NCBI RefSeq assembly: GCF_009914755.1
Contig: NC_060938.1
Length of the DNA stretch: 64,000 nt
DNA from: the human T2T-CHM13v2.0 reference genome, Homo sapiens
Direction: 5' to 3' (one strand)
The notes beneath the pieces are model-generated. The model was not told the DNA's origin, made no database searches, and worked only from the letters and a program-made list of their open reading frames with translations. The stretch's first letter is position 1. Every line of letters begins with the position of its first letter. This document shows, in pieces, positions 13,441 through 28,069 of the stretch. The position numbers and the translations under genes are program-made.

Positions 13441-13485
13441 GGGGATGCAGCCCGACTGCCAGGAGCGGAGCGCAAGTTGGCCCAG

Positions 13486-13501
13486 CCAATGCGCATGCGC
13501 G
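13486..13501 (+). promoter_or_regulatory. Overlapping CCAAT box and perfect NRF1 site in a CpG-rich segment; candidate promoter of the FAM27 unit
   Basis: agCCAAT at 13486-13490 shares its T with TGCGCATGCGCG at 13490-13501, ~190 bp upstream of the ATG. Confidence 0.65.
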
Positions 13502-13545
13502 AGGCGTGAGCAGCTTCCCCCATCACAGTGGTTCCCACGGTTGTC

Positions 13546-14417
<872 letters not shown>

Positions 14418-15192
14418 AGCCACACCATGATACAGTCAGCAAGCAATCTAGAGCAAAGGCTTCTTTCAACCCTCCCCCAAGCTCCCAATACAAGCCCAAA
14501 TTCAGGAACAAGTCCTTTCCAACACCTCCTTCAGAGAGGCTCCCTGGCTCCAGGCAGTGCTTGCTCCCCTCACTGCAGCAGGAAGCCCAGCTTGCGAACT
14601 GCAGGTGTGCTCCAGGTGGTCGCTGGATGCAGGGTATTGACAGATGGATCCCATCGATACCACCACTGCATAACCATGTAAACATATCATCCCCCACTTG
14701 CACATGAGGAAACGGAGGTCCACAGGGTGGGGAAGGGAAGACATAATTTGTCCTTCAAATGCGATACCGGTGAGATGTGAGAGGCAGCACCCCTCATAAC
14801 TCAGCGAGGCAGTGGGCACACCAGGACCCTCCCAGGCAGATCGGGTGTGTGGTCGCCCCCATTGCATAGCATGGGCGGGAGTTGGGGAGACCACACATTG
14901 GTCTCGCCACCTCTCCACTGGCCCGACCTCCCTGCAGATCCCCAGGACAGGGTTAGCATCTGCTTTCTGGCAGGCTTGGCCACCAGAGGTCTTTGCTTAC
15001 ATCTAAGTTCCCTGTAGTTGTGGTTCACAGGATAGGGGCTGCTCCTGAGATTCAGCACCACACAGGCACTGCACAGCACTGTGCCATGGTGGTGGGCACT
15101 CGCTTTCCAGATAGGGCCCAAGTTGCCAGCAGGCATGATGCATCATTTACCCTACCCTGAGTGCAATAGGTGGTTTTATAGAAAAAAACTTG

Positions 15193-15508
15193 GGCCAGGT
15201 GTGGTGGCTCACATCTGTAATCCCAGCACTTTAGGAGGCCAAGGCGGGTGGATCACAAGGTCAGGAACTCAAGACCAGCCTGGCTAATATAGTGAAACCT
15301 TGTGTCTATGAAAAATACAAAAATTAGCCAGATGTGGTGGTGGGCGCCTGTAGTCTCAGCTACTCAGGAGGCTGAGGTAGGAGAATCGCTTGAACCCAGG
15401 AGGCGGAGGTTGTGGTGAGCCAAGATCATGCCACTGCACTCCAGCCTAGGTGACAGAGCAAGACTCCATCTCAAAAAAAAAAAAAAAAAAGAAAAAGAAA
15501 AGGAAAAG
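15193..15508 (+). mobile_element. AluS (Sg-like)
   Basis: Full dimer with poly(A). Confidence 0.9.
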
Positions 15509-17440
15509 TATTTGTAGATGAATGAAGGTGACTCCTTTGATTATTGGAAATGATTTTATTGTAGCCATTTGTCTGGCACTCATTCTGATGGGGTGACATG
15601 TGTCCCTGCCTTAGTCAGCAGAGCACAGGAATGTACTACACCTCCCCTCACCTGAGGATTCAGCCCATGAGCAGGAACGCCTGTCTTTGTGTCATACCAA
15701 TAGAGAGGATGTGTCTGGTTACACCATTCACTGCAGAGGCAGAAATTACCCAGAAAGAAGAGAGAGTCTGTTCCCGGGAGTGTGTTCTTTTGACCCAGCA
15801 TGGGGGTCATCTCCTTTCCTTGGCCAGGACCCCCAACCTGAACACAGAGGCAGAGAACATGTGAAGGGCTCCCATTCCCAGGTGGTCCAGGGTACAAGCT
15901 CTGAGCCTGTGGTCCTAGTCACTGCCCTTTTCTCCACAGCATGGCTGTCACCATCCTGGGCTGGGGCACAGAGGGCTTTGCAGAGATCAGCATAACAAAA
16001 GCATCACTGAGATGCTGCAATAGGAAACCGTGATACCTTCGTGGGCTGCCAAGGCAGCCTAAGCTATTTGTTGCTGCACTCAGTGTCCCCAGACAGCTGT
16101 GTGGCTGTCACTGCCTCTGATGTGTCCATTTTACTTCTCTTCTCCTGCCTGAGCTTCTGCTCTGAACTCTGTCTCTAACTTACAAGAAATCAAGCTCACT
16201 GGATTCTGAGCTCTTCGGGGTCAAGGACTGTGTCAGTAGTTCATGTCTCTTTCTAGAGATCACAGCTGAGTATCTGGCACAGAGCAGATACTTAGCCAAT
16301 GCCAAATGATTCATTTGCCGGAAAGCTGAATTTCATCCATAATCCTAGTCAATGCAAATACATTCTGCTGGTGGGGTTTGTTTGTCCTCTGAAGGCATTT
16401 TCCCAGGCTTTGTAAACACATACAGGCCATTTAGAAATTTGAATGTCAAAGAGTAAAGGATCTTAGAAAGTAAACATTGGAGAAGTGTGGGAGGGTGGTA
16501 TTATTTGCAAAACATTCCTGGGTCCTTGTGAGTTCTATACACCCTTGATGAGCGCCAATTCTGGGCCAGGCCAGACACCCAGCTGGACCCAGGAGATACT
16601 GAGGTGAGTAAAGCCAAAATGCCTCCCTTCAGCAGGAGGCAGGCAGTTACACCAAAGTGATAAAGGCACAAAACCCAGAGAGAGCACAGGAACAAGAACT
16701 ACCTTGTTCCTGGACTGTGTGACCTCAGGGAGAGCTTTCTGCACAGAGGACATCTGTGCAGGGCTTGGAAGGATGAAAATAAATTTGCCTACCAGAAAAG
16801 GGAGCCAAGGAAATCCTGATGGAGAACAGCTTGGGTGAGAGTGTGAGCCACAGGATTGAGGGGCACAGGCATGGAACTGGAGGAGCAGAAAGAATGAGGG
16901 GGGATAAAGTTGGGAGGTCAGCAGAGGTCAGTCACAGAAGGTTTTGAATCCTGGTGAGGGACCAGTGGGTGCTGCACAAGGGACATGGGCCTGGAGGAGA
17001 TGCAGTTAGCTCTGAGTGAAGATGCAGCGTGCCATCCACTAGGGAACCACAAGATGCAATATAAATAAGAACCCTGAGAAGCCTGCACAAAGGATGAGGG
17101 GCCCAGGGGTAGCACCAAGAAGGTCCCTGTCAGAGGCCAGCTTTCAACGGAGACAGAAAAGACTCTTGAGGGCCTCAGCTGCTGCAAACCTCCTCAACAA
17201 ATCATATTTTACCTTTAAATATTTGCTAAAGAATACTAACTATTGGAAGAGCAATGGTCCATTGATAATAATTATTCCCTCACTCACTGTACATTTTTTA
17301 CAATTCTCAAAATGCTCTCGGTCCAGTGTCTCATTGGAACCCCCATAAAATCCCATTTTACAAATAGGGAAACAAGGCGCTGTGATGTCACACTGAAGTT
17401 TGCAGCAGTTCCAGGATAGAAAAGAGGGAGCACTTTCATC

Positions 17441-17836
17441 TCAGCCCTTGGTATAAGTCTCAAAGTTCCTTTTCTGGGAGGGGGTCCTTGAGGCCATCCA
17501 GCAGCCCATAGTCCAAATCTTCTTTTTCCTCCTTGGGCTTCTCCACACCTGTATCCGAAGCATCCTTCTCCTCCTTTGTTCTCAGGTACCACTACCAGTT
17601 GTTGGGCCGGGAGACCTCCTGCTGCTGCCAATCCTAGGGTGCATCCTCCAACATGGGTGCATTGTGGTTCAGCCAGCACCTACACCACCTGCAGCCCACC
17701 CAGGGCTCCTGTGGTGGGCCTGAGGTTCCTCCCTATCAAATGGAGATATGCTGGGGTTGCTGCCTTTGCTGAAGCCCATGTCCAGGTCATCTTGGGGGTG
17801 GCCAATGGTACAGGGCCCTGGGGACAGGCCAGAGGG
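17441..17836 (-). pseudogene. BSNDP: BSND (barttin) paralog, last coding exon, disabled
   Basis: Acceptor tttgcccctgcag| followed by [12 protein letters not shown] / QDDLDMGFSKGSNPSISPFDREE / [37 protein letters not shown] / TKG*. This matches the barttin C-terminus ([20 protein letters not shown]...EEKEASDTG...DTQG) with frameshifts and stops. Confidence 0.88.
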
Positions 17837-17869
17837 CTGCAGGGGCAAAAACTAAAAGGATGAGGGGAT

Positions 17870-18080
17870 CTCTGAGTCAGACAGCCTGGATCCACATCCC
17901 AGAGACTAGCTGCAAGGCCTGGGGAAGACTGGTTTACCTCTCTGAGCGTCAGTTTCCTCCACTGTAAAGTGGGAGGTATAAAAGATTCACTCCTACAGTT
18001 GTCTCTGAGCTTTACAGCCGGTAATGTGTGCAAAGTACTTCGCACAATGCCTGGCACATGGTAGGTGATAATAAACAGGG
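17870..18080. mobile_element. MIR
   Basis: MIR core tttacctctctgagcgtcagtttcctccactgtaaagtggg...gcacaatgcctggcacatggtagg. Confidence 0.75.
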
Positions 18081-18609
18081 TTACTATGATATCATCATCT
18101 GAGCTAGGTCACTCATGCACTTCTCCAATGCTTCAGGGTTCCCCTCCATCCCTCACAGGGTAGCAGCAAGTGAAAGGGATGCCCCTGGCCTTGAGGAGCT
18201 CACATCTTCTCATTTCCCAGGGGTCTCCATCCAGTGCCCACACATGCCTGGCATGCAGTAGGTGCCTCATCCACATCTGGTGAAAGAGTGGAAAGCAGGT
18301 CATTGTCATGTATTGTTTGCAACCGAATCTGCAGTAGGGGACAGAGAAGTGAGTGACTGTAGTTGTGCCTGCTAGTTCCTGTCCCTGAACTTTCAGGGAT
18401 CAAGAGGCCTTAGCAAGTCTAGTACCAGGGAATGGGCACTGTGTGGTGGAGCAGGAGGCAGGTCCTAAGAAAGGCAGTGGGGTGAGGAGAGGAGCTCTGC
18501 CTTTGAGGTCTGGGAGATCCTCCACCAGGACCTCACCAAAGGCCCCAGGCATTCATCCCTCCTCCCAGAATCTCTCTATGCTCTTCTGTATAATGGGGCT
18601 AACCTGGAA

Positions 18610-19092
18610 GAGATACATGCAAAACCATGTTCAGAGCAGCATCATCCACAATAACCAAAAGGTGGAAGCAACCCAAGTGTCAATGGATGGATGGACGGAT
18701 CAACAAAATGCTGTCTATGCATACAGTGGAATAGTGTTCAGCCTTGAAAAGGAAGGAGAGTCTGACACGTGCTGCGTCAAGAATGAACCCGAGGACATTA
18801 GGCTGAACAAAATAAGCCAGACCAAAAAGACAAATGCTGTATTATCCCACTTTTCCAAGACACCTAGAGTAGTCAAATCCATAGAGACAGACAGGAGAAT
18901 GGTGGCTACCAGGTCCTGGGGAGGGTGGGGATTGGGGAGTTGTTTTTAAATGGGTTACAGAACTGTAGTTTTACAAGATGAAAAGCACTCTGGAAATTGG
19001 TTGCACAACATTGCGAATGTATTTAATGCCACTGAAATGTAAATTTAAACATAGTTAGACAGTAAATTTTAGTTCATTTTGCCACAATTTTT
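18610..19092 (+). mobile_element. L1MB 3' end
   Basis: aaaaggtggaagcaacccaagtgtc...gccactgaaatgtaaatttaaa. Confidence 0.8.
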
Positions 19093-19589
19093 ATAATGGG
19101 GTAGTTATGCCTGTCTCCTTGTGTTGCTGTAGGATTTCATGAGATAACATATAAGGAACCACCCAGCATGTTGCCTGGCACATAGTAATTGCTCAATAAA
19201 TCACAACTGGATGCTATTGAAGATAAAGTTACCTGACTTCTCTGAAGCTTGCTCTTTTCAGTTGAAAATTCTCCCAAAATATATTAGATGAGACCCTACT
19301 GTATTATAATGGGTTCATAAATAGCACTCCCCCTTTTCCCTTCCCACAGAGTGCAGTGAATAGAAGACACTTCTCTGCACCCCAAAAGCTCCATGCTGAT
19401 TGCGAGAAGGAAATGCTGGATGGAGGGCTTCCTGGAACTACTGTGAGGGGTGAGATTTCCCCAGATGTCTAGAAATGACGCAGGGGCCCGACATCTTCCA
19501 CCCCCACTAAGGTTGCCTTGCAGTTCCCAGCTGGCTCTATACTTCCTAGAAACAGCCACTTTTCTGCCTCCATTACCTCATAGCCCAGT

Positions 19590-20080
19590 CAGCACCATTA
19601 TCATCATCACCATGATTGCCATCACCATCCTTACAATCACCAACACTATCATCATGGCCATCACCATTCTTACCCTTGCCATTCTCACCATCATCAACAC
19701 CAGCATCTTCACCATAACTATCACTATCGTTATCACCACCTTCACCATCACCATCCTCACCATAATAATTATTGTCACCCTCCCCATCCTCATAATCGTC
19801 ATCATTATCATCATTACCATCACTATGATCATCACTATCACCATTCTCAATATCATCATCCTCACCATAAATATCACTATTATCATCACCACCTTCACCA
19901 TCACCATCCTTATCATCACCATCACAATCACTGCCATCACCATTCTCACCATCACCGTGTTTACCTTTGCCATTCTCACCATCATCATCACCTTCATCAT
20001 CCTCAACGTAACTATCACTTCATTATCACCACCTCCACGTTCACCATCACCATCCTCACCATCATCATCACCACCATCAA
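19590..20080. repeat. (CAT/CAC)n degenerate trinucleotide array
   Basis: About 490 bp of catcac/accatc; source of the spurious poly-Ile/Thr and poly-Met/Val ORFs. Confidence 0.95.
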
Positions 20081-21179
20081 AATGATCCTTGCTACATGGA
20101 ACCATGCATTCTGGGTAGGAGGGATCTTTGGTCAGGGCATCTAACACATCTTGTAGGATAGAAACCCAGCCCCTCAGGGTCTCACAGTTGGTGAAATAAC
20201 TGATTCTTGTGAGGTCATATTCCTCTGGGTGATGTGGGATGTCACAAGACCAATAAATATGGGTTGAAGCCCATCGCATCACTTCTTTTTTTGTAAAATA
20301 AGCTCCATCTTCAGTAGTAATTGTATGATAGCAGAGAATAAGAACTCAGCAAATGTAAATAATTTGATGCTATGAGAAGCATATGAAGTGGAGTCCGTAT
20401 TCGGAAATGCATCTATTCCAGTGAGGGCAATTCTTTACCACTTCCATGAAGGAAGGGAAAAAATATTATTACAACATTACCAGAAATCTGTCTGGTCTAG
20501 GCAAGGTAGTTCCTCTTTCCAGGGTCTCAGCATTGCTCATTGTCGGCAGTCAGGGCACTCATCTGGGCAGTAGGCAGCACTGCTGCAGGGAAATTCATGT
20601 TATTGGAAACATGTAGCATCTTCTCCTGCTACCATCGCCACATTGTCCATGAACCCACTGGGCAAACGATGAGGAATCTGGGAAAAGTTCTCATAACCAG
20701 AATATAATCATCCACATCAGGATATCAGCATTCACCCAACACTACTGTCCAATCAACAGATCCAAATTTTCTCAGCTGTGCCCTAAATACATTTTTTTGA
20801 ACTTTGTAATCCAGGATCCAATCCAGGAGTTCCCATTGCATTAATTGTCATGACTATTAAGTTCCTTCAACTTCAAACAGTTCCTCTGTTTTGCCCTATT
20901 TTTCATAAACTTAAGAGTTTTAAAGAGCATACACACTTATGAAGGATGTGTTTACCTTTTTCCATCTGATGTGTTTCCACATCCAGACTTAGGTCATGTA
21001 TCTTTCACAAGAAAACCACAGAAATAATGCTGTGGTCTTCCTAGGACATCACAGCAGGAGGCACATGATCAAGTTTGTGCCAGATTTCTCCACCACAAAG
21101 TCATCATTCTTCCAATTGTAATTGAGAAGTATTTCATATGAAGATATTAATTACACATACACATGAATGTATATTTATA

Positions 21180-21385
21180 TGTAAAATACATACAAAATAT
21201 TATTTCAATGTCTAACCAATATAAAAGTTATTAATTAGATATGTTTAATTTTATTTCCTACTAAGTCTTCAAAATCTGGTGTGTGTTTTACCCTGACAGC
21301 ACATCTCACTCCAGCCTAGCCACATTTCAAATGCTCAATATTCACATGGCTGTGGCTACCATATTTATCAGGGCAGCACTAAAGC
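21180..21385. mobile_element. MER3/MER33-like hAT DNA transposon fragment
   Basis: gcacatctcactccagcctagccacatttcaaatgctcaatattcacatggctgtggctaccatatt. Confidence 0.7.
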
Positions 21386-22639
21386 ACTAAAAAACTTCTT
21401 CCTTGGAGAAGTTCTAAGCTTTCAAAATGTTTGGCAAATACATTTTATAAAATTCTTCAGAATCCATAAATAGGCAATTACACATTTAGTAAGTCATATA
21501 ATCCAACATGACATTAAAAATGAATCCCTCGACAAAAAAGAAGGTAGGCAACATTTTCTTCAGACCAAATGGACAAATCAATTATGATTACCTAACATGC
21601 CCATTATTATTTATTAACATCCTTCATTAATACCCCCAAACCCCATCAACAGGTAAATGAACAAATGCATTGAGGCCTATCTGAACAATGTCCCAATTCC
21701 TTACCATTCTTACTACTTTTGCAAGCAGAAAAGACTCAGTATTAGCAAAGACTATTCAGATAGTTTGTTCTTATGCCAGTAGTTGTAATTTCCTGGAGGT
21801 CTATGTGACATCAATTATGTACTTCAATACTTCTCACAAGTACTTTTCCTGTTTGGCCATTTTCTGCAGTATATCCATGCTCCCATTTTCTCTATTCTTT
21901 TATTTCTATCCTAGACTTTTCTTTCATCCTATAAATCTTTATCCTAAAAATATTAATTTAAGGATAACATCACAAAATAATATATTTCTTCAGATGATAC
22001 TCCAAATTGATACCTAATATACAGAAATGACTATCATGGACGTAACCCACAACATGTGAAATGTATGGCTCATTCTACTGACATTATAAAGGAAAGTTAA
22101 TGACAACTGAATTTCTAGTCATTTTCCACCCAACCAGTTGCTTATAAACTGGCAAGGAATTGTAGGTATGTACACAGTGGCTATTTTTTGGTGGGGTGTT
22201 CAGCAACTCTCCTCTTGAGAGCCCCCCTTTTCTTTGAGGACCATTTCAATGAGCACCAACTAGGCCTGACCCAACCTAAAAGCCCCAGCCCTAGAGGTGA
22301 TCATGATGCCAAGTTCTGGCAAAAGACTCTACCCTTGGATCATAGCAACTGTTTCAGTACTATTTTTTTGGAATCATCAGGAAGGACTCTTGCTTTTTCT
22401 ACCACTGTGGTATGTGAGGACAAAGTAAAGTGGGTTATTTCTAGTACTATCTCTTGCTACAAAGAGAGAAGAGAGTCATCTTCAGAAGGAAAAAATGAGG
22501 CTAAAACAAAAGGAAAAGTGTCAAGAGAAAGAAGGAAAACATTTCTTGATGATTTTATATAAGCCCCTGCGTCCAGCTATGCATGACAGTGACTTGGGTT
22601 AAAGCTCTGTCACTTATAGGACCATTGACTTAAATATAA

Positions 22640-23660
22640 AATAAAGTATTAAAAGCTATGAACTTTGAGATGAAAATAAAGAAAATTTGTAATATTCAAT
22701 TAATCAAAAACATCTTAGATGAAGCCCCAAAAACCAAATGCAAAACAACAATTAATAAATTTGACCCCATCAAAATTGAGAGCATCTGCTAACTGAAAGA
22801 TAGTGTTATGAGAACACAAAGAAAACTCAAGGGGAAAATACTGGCAAGTCTCATATCTAATAAGGGATTTGAATCTAAAGTATATAAAGAAACTGTTAAA
22901 ATTTAATAATGAGAAAATAAGCAAAGAATAAAACAAAAAAGGGAGAAGCAAAAAAATGTGAACATACACTTTACCAAATATATACAGATGGCATGTAAGT
23001 ACATAGATACTAGATATTATTAGGCATCATGGAACCACAATAAAATACTATTGTACACACATGAAAATGCCTAAAATTTTAAAAGAAGGCCCATACAAAA
23101 TGTTGGCAAGAGTGTGGAATTCTTATATACTGCTGATAAAAATATAAAATGGTACAACCATTTTGGCAAACATTTTGACAGTCTCTTAAAACTAAACCTA
23201 AACCTGTTAGCTATTACACTCCTAATATTTACTCAAAGTTATAGGAACTTATGTACATGAATGTTCATTGCAAATGTATTTGTATAAGTCCAAAACCGGA
23301 AGCAATGCAAAAACCCATCAACAGGCAAATGGATATATAAGTTGTGACCGATCTGCACAATAGAATACTACTCAGTCATAAAATTAATGACCTATTGATG
23401 CCTGCAATATAGCTGAATCTCAAAATAATTATGCTGTGTGAAAAATGCCAGACCCCTCCAAAAAAGGGTGCATATTACACTTCATTTATATAAATGTCTA
23501 CACAAGGCAAACTATTTTATAGTGACAGATTGGTGATTGCCAGGGAGTGTGGTAAGGTAGGAAGATACAGAAAGTTTGGGATTATAAAAGGGCAAGGGGA
23601 AACTTTTTTGAGTGCTGGATATGTTCTTAATTTTTATTTTGGTGATGTATTTGCAAGTAC
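22640..23660 (+). mobile_element. Old L1M 3' region
   Basis: Degenerate L1 ORF2 end and 3' UTR motifs. Confidence 0.7.
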
Positions 23661-23995
23661 ATATACAAAATAACACGCAATGGAAGTAGAAACAGTATTT
23701 TTGTTCCTTTCTTAAAAAAGCACAATTTACTTACTATTGGGATGTGTGTGCCTGTTGGGCACACAGCACAACTTTTCAAATCTTAAAATCGGACTGGATC
23801 TCAACCACTAGACCTTATTCTTATTCCACACTGACTTTAGCACAATACTTGCTTTCTTCGTGGTAATTAACAACACCCACCCTAAAGGTAAAGAAATGCA
23901 CTTCTAACTAAGTACTTTTGAAACTATGAACTGCCTCAGGCTAGTAGTTCTTAAGGTCTCCAGCAAATGTTGCTTTGTTTCCCTCAAAAATATAC

Positions 23996-24165
23996 AGCCT
24001 GGGCAACATGGCAAAACCCCATCTCTACTAAAATTACAAAACTTAGCCAGGAATGGTGGTGCACACCTGTTGTCCCAGCTACTCAGGGAGGCAGAGGCTG
24101 CAGTGAGCCTAGACCTCACACTCCACTTCAGCCTGGGGGACAGAGTGAGACCCCCATCTCAGATA
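23996..24165 (+). mobile_element. Partial, internally deleted Alu
   Basis: cagcctgggcaacatggcaaaacccc...gacagagtgagacc. Confidence 0.75.
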
Positions 24166-25370
24166 CAAACGCACACATACACATACTCACACACTATCCA
24201 CTGGTGCCCGTCAGTTAAACACAGCATCTCAGGGCACCTTAGCACACAGTGTGAGAGTAGTGGTCCTAAACACTTCAATTAAAAGTGAAACATCTCTGGC
24301 TGGATTTTTAGAATATTTACTTTTTAATGTTTTATATTATATTTATTTTTTATGTTTTAATTAATTTATCTGAATACAAGAATCTAGACATTTGGAAGTA
24401 AAACAGTGGAAAACATGTCTGAAAACACTAATCAGCACAAAGCTCGTGTTGCTATGTTATTATTGACAGTTTAGTCTTAAGCCAAGAAATATTGCTAAGA
24501 TAAAAGAGATTTTACAATGTGAGTCACTAGAAAAGTATGCCAATGTTAAATATGTATAAATATAAAATATCCCTTCAAATTATTTACTACAGAAACTGAT
24601 ATAACTAAAAGAAAAATGGACTAATTACAATATAGATTTTAACATACCTTTCAATTACCGATGGAACCAACAGAAAAAATCCATAAGAGAAAGGGAGATT
24701 TGATGAACACAATGAACGAACTTGACATAAACTGACATATACAGAACCCGACACTCAACAACTACTGAATACACATCCTTTTCCAGTGCATGTATCATAT
24801 TTACCAACATAGATTATATGTTGGAATTTAAAGGGACTCATCAAAGAGTATTCAGTCATGGGATTTTGCCTAAACTTGTCTGGCCTTCAACAGGGTTCAA
24901 ATACAGTTAAATTCTTATTTCATCTAAAGAGTCCTATCCTTTTTGTTTTGGAAATTTTACCACAACAATCTAAATTTGCATAACAACTGAACCCAGCCCT
25001 TGGAACTTGAAGTTTATTCTAGCCAAAGGCAGATTAAACTGTCTAAGTAGTAATGTCCTTCAAATTGTTGTCCCCTGCTCCAGTAATGGAGTATAGCTCC
25101 AAGAAGCTAACAGACTATTTGTCCTTCATAGTATACATTCTGTTATATCAAAACACGGTATAAAGCCTTGAAATCAGCAGCAGAGAGAAAATGAGATCAA
25201 CAACCATCGAGCTGTGACCTCACTACTTAGTAATTACACTTTTAGCTGACTCCTTTACTTGATTCCTAACCGCTTATTTCTGGCAGGGTAGCACTGATAT
25301 CTGACCAAGCTGACCTTTTAAGAAGTGAACAGAATGAAAAGGCTCTACCGCTAGTGATCAGTTTAACAAG

Positions 25371-25436
25371 CTGCAACACTAGTCACTGGCTGCAACTCTA
25401 GTCACTGGCTGCAACTCTAGTCACTGGCTGCAACTC
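25371..25436. repeat. 19-bp tandem repeat, about 3 copies
   Basis: ctagtcactggctgcaact repeated. Confidence 0.85.
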
Positions 25437-26249
25437 ATATTGTGGGATTTAAGAGCTCAGAATTAACATGGAAATACTATTGACTCCAAAAGAAACCCAG
25501 AAATCTCTGGGAATCCAGCAAAGATAAAAAGGGTCCTCTCAATAGTCACCACTCACACTTTGCTTTGTTTTGGTAACTATTTTATTACATACGGAGAATA
25601 TCAAAAAAGTATGTCTTTTCCTCATCGTGAATGTTAACCCTAAAATGGTAAGGCTCTTGCATGTTGAAACCCCCAGGCTCTCACTGGCCCTTCAACAGAA
25701 GGCAGTGAAGTCACCTGCAAGAGTGATTCACCCAAGTGCTTCCAGGCTGGACAAGTTGAGACTCAGTTCTTGCAGTTCCCAAATTCACAGTTCTCTTGGG
25801 ACATGGTTATTTATCGAGCTCCTGAAGATGAGAAATTCCACCCAGGAAATTCTGTTTATAAAAGATTATTCACATCTAATTATCTCAGGAGACATTAACA
25901 CAGCAATGTTGAAAATTTTCCATTAATTGTTAATCCACGGAGAAAAACTGAACGATTATTTTTTAAAATATGAAAAGCTTCATATAATACAAATTAAACT
26001 CCCACATGTGATTCAATTTCTAGTCATTAATGCCAGAGAAGTTAATAATTACGAATTGCCAGTGTTAAAAAAAATAAATCATTCATCATTGGAGAAGTGC
26101 AGAAGGTTTAAAAGAGATAAGAATTAGTTTTTGGCTTTGAGGCGTTTTATGCTTTCCAGAAGGTTTTGCTCTTTTTTTTATTTTTGCTCATGGCTTTCTC
26201 TCTCTCTCTCTCTTTCTTTCTGATTTCAGTTTCTTTTGATTTCTCCTGC

Positions 26250-27235
26250 TTAGAAATGGTAGAGAACTTTGGATGTGGAACGTGGAGTATGAGGAACACG
26301 AAGTGAAGGTCCGCACTTCGGGTGGTCAGCACTGCCATGCCCAGCAAAGGCACTGCCTGGTCCACATCCCAGAGGGGTCTCTGAGCCCCAGTCGGCATCG
26401 CAGCTGATGGTGAAACTTTTGGTGTGGCAGTAGAGTGTCTACAAACTTTAGAAGGTATCCGCTGCCTCCTCCATAGCCGTGTATCACTGCCGAGGGCGAT
26501 CATCTCTAGGATCGGAACGTCCTGCTCATGGGCCAGGGCTGGCTGGCTGGAGCCACTTGCGTGGCGCAGCCCTGGCTGAGGTTCAGGCGGCCCCGGTGTC
26601 GCAAGCGGCTGTGAGTGATGCCTCCTTGGGGCCGGAGGGGTCCCAGGAAGGCGGCTGACCAGCGCGCAGCATGGTGGCCGGCCGCGATGGAAGGTGACGG
26701 GGTTCGCAGCGCCAGGGGATCCAGCAGAGCCCGAGCCCGGGCATCCCGCGTCTCCAGCAGCACCGCGGGTAGGCCTGGCGCTGGTGACGTGGCGGCCAGT
26801 GCACAAGGCCCACGACCCAGCCCCAGAGGCCAGCCCATCGTCAGCTAACTTCAGGAACCCCGGGCCAGCTTGAGGCCCCGGGCCCCACGGGCAAGACAAA
26901 GGGCAGAGGGCCGCAGGCGGGGCCAAGAGCAGGCAGTTCAGGCCTGGCTCCACCGCTGCGGAGCTCGCAGGGCGCAGCAGGCACCAGGCAGCGACCAGGG
27001 CTTCCAGAGGAGGCTGTGCACCCCTGCAAAGGCTCCTGCCCGGCGTCCGGCCTATCCGTGGGGATTCCACGTGCACCCCCTCCTCATTGTCCTTGTCTAG
27101 GGCCGCGGCAAGGTCCTCGCTCCCATGGCGTGACTCCGGGGGCGCAGGAGCCTGGGCCGAGCAGGTGGAGTACGGTGAGCTCCGCCAAGAACCCAGCGAG
27201 AGTGGCGCCCCAGGGAGGCACAGGAGGCCGCATTT
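26250..27235. other. CpG-rich island of unknown origin within AT-rich DNA
   Basis: Abrupt GC/CpG-rich block containing a stop-free minus-strand frame from ~27240 to 26147; no protein family recognised. Confidence 0.6.
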
Positions 27236-27586
27236 AACGTGTCAATCATCTCAAAGATTTTATAGCATCTTCTTTTTCTTGACATCTTATAATATCTGTA
27301 ATGTCTATTATATCTTATAATTATTAAAACCACTTCATTGTGATTATTATGATTAGTTTTATACCAACACATCTTCAATTATTAATATTCCCAGTTGCTA
27401 GAGAAAAATGAAAACGACTAGTTTTGAAAGCCTTACTTCTGCCAATGGAAGCACATTCCAGCATGTCGCCAACGCAATCCACTTTCCACCACTTTCACAA
27501 GAAACGTTACTGCACAATTATACTATCCTACCCTTATATACCTTTTGTGTGTATGTGTGTACTTGTATGCACTTATGTTACATATG

Positions 27587-27617
<31 letters not shown>

Positions 27618-28069
27618 TATATATAAACTATGCCAGAGATGAACAAGTATTAGGAAATTAAATGCACACAGATCATATCAGTGCTACGTATAATGTGATG
27701 TACTAAGTATAGATGTTCAACAGTGTGGGATCTAGGCTGGAACAAGACTCCTAGTCTTAAGCAATTCTTTCTAGGTTCAGTCTCTGGAAATAATGCTTTG
27801 TATCAAATGTGTGAGAAAATTAATGGGTTTTAAAGACTATTCTATGTCAACTATAACATTTCATTTGGGGATTTCTGTCCCTTATAATATCTACCTCATT
27901 TTGGATGGATTCCTTGAAGCCTGGTTTATTTTTCTCTTCCTTTCTACACATCGCTGCTCAGAGTGATGAATGGAGTTGTATTTTGAATAAAATAGCTAAG
28001 CATCCTTTTGTGAGCAAGGAGCATGATGGTACTTAGACCTACCACTTCTCATTATGGTGGTTACAGTTA

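Noticed and set aside
19450-20282. 211-aa and 234-aa hydrophobic ORFs as membrane proteins
   Set aside because: They are translations of the (CAT/CAC)n array
26250-27235. Assigning the CpG island to SNX18, SOWAHC, PTGER4 or ACTR3B pseudogenes
   Set aside because: The frames I translated showed no match to those proteins as recalled
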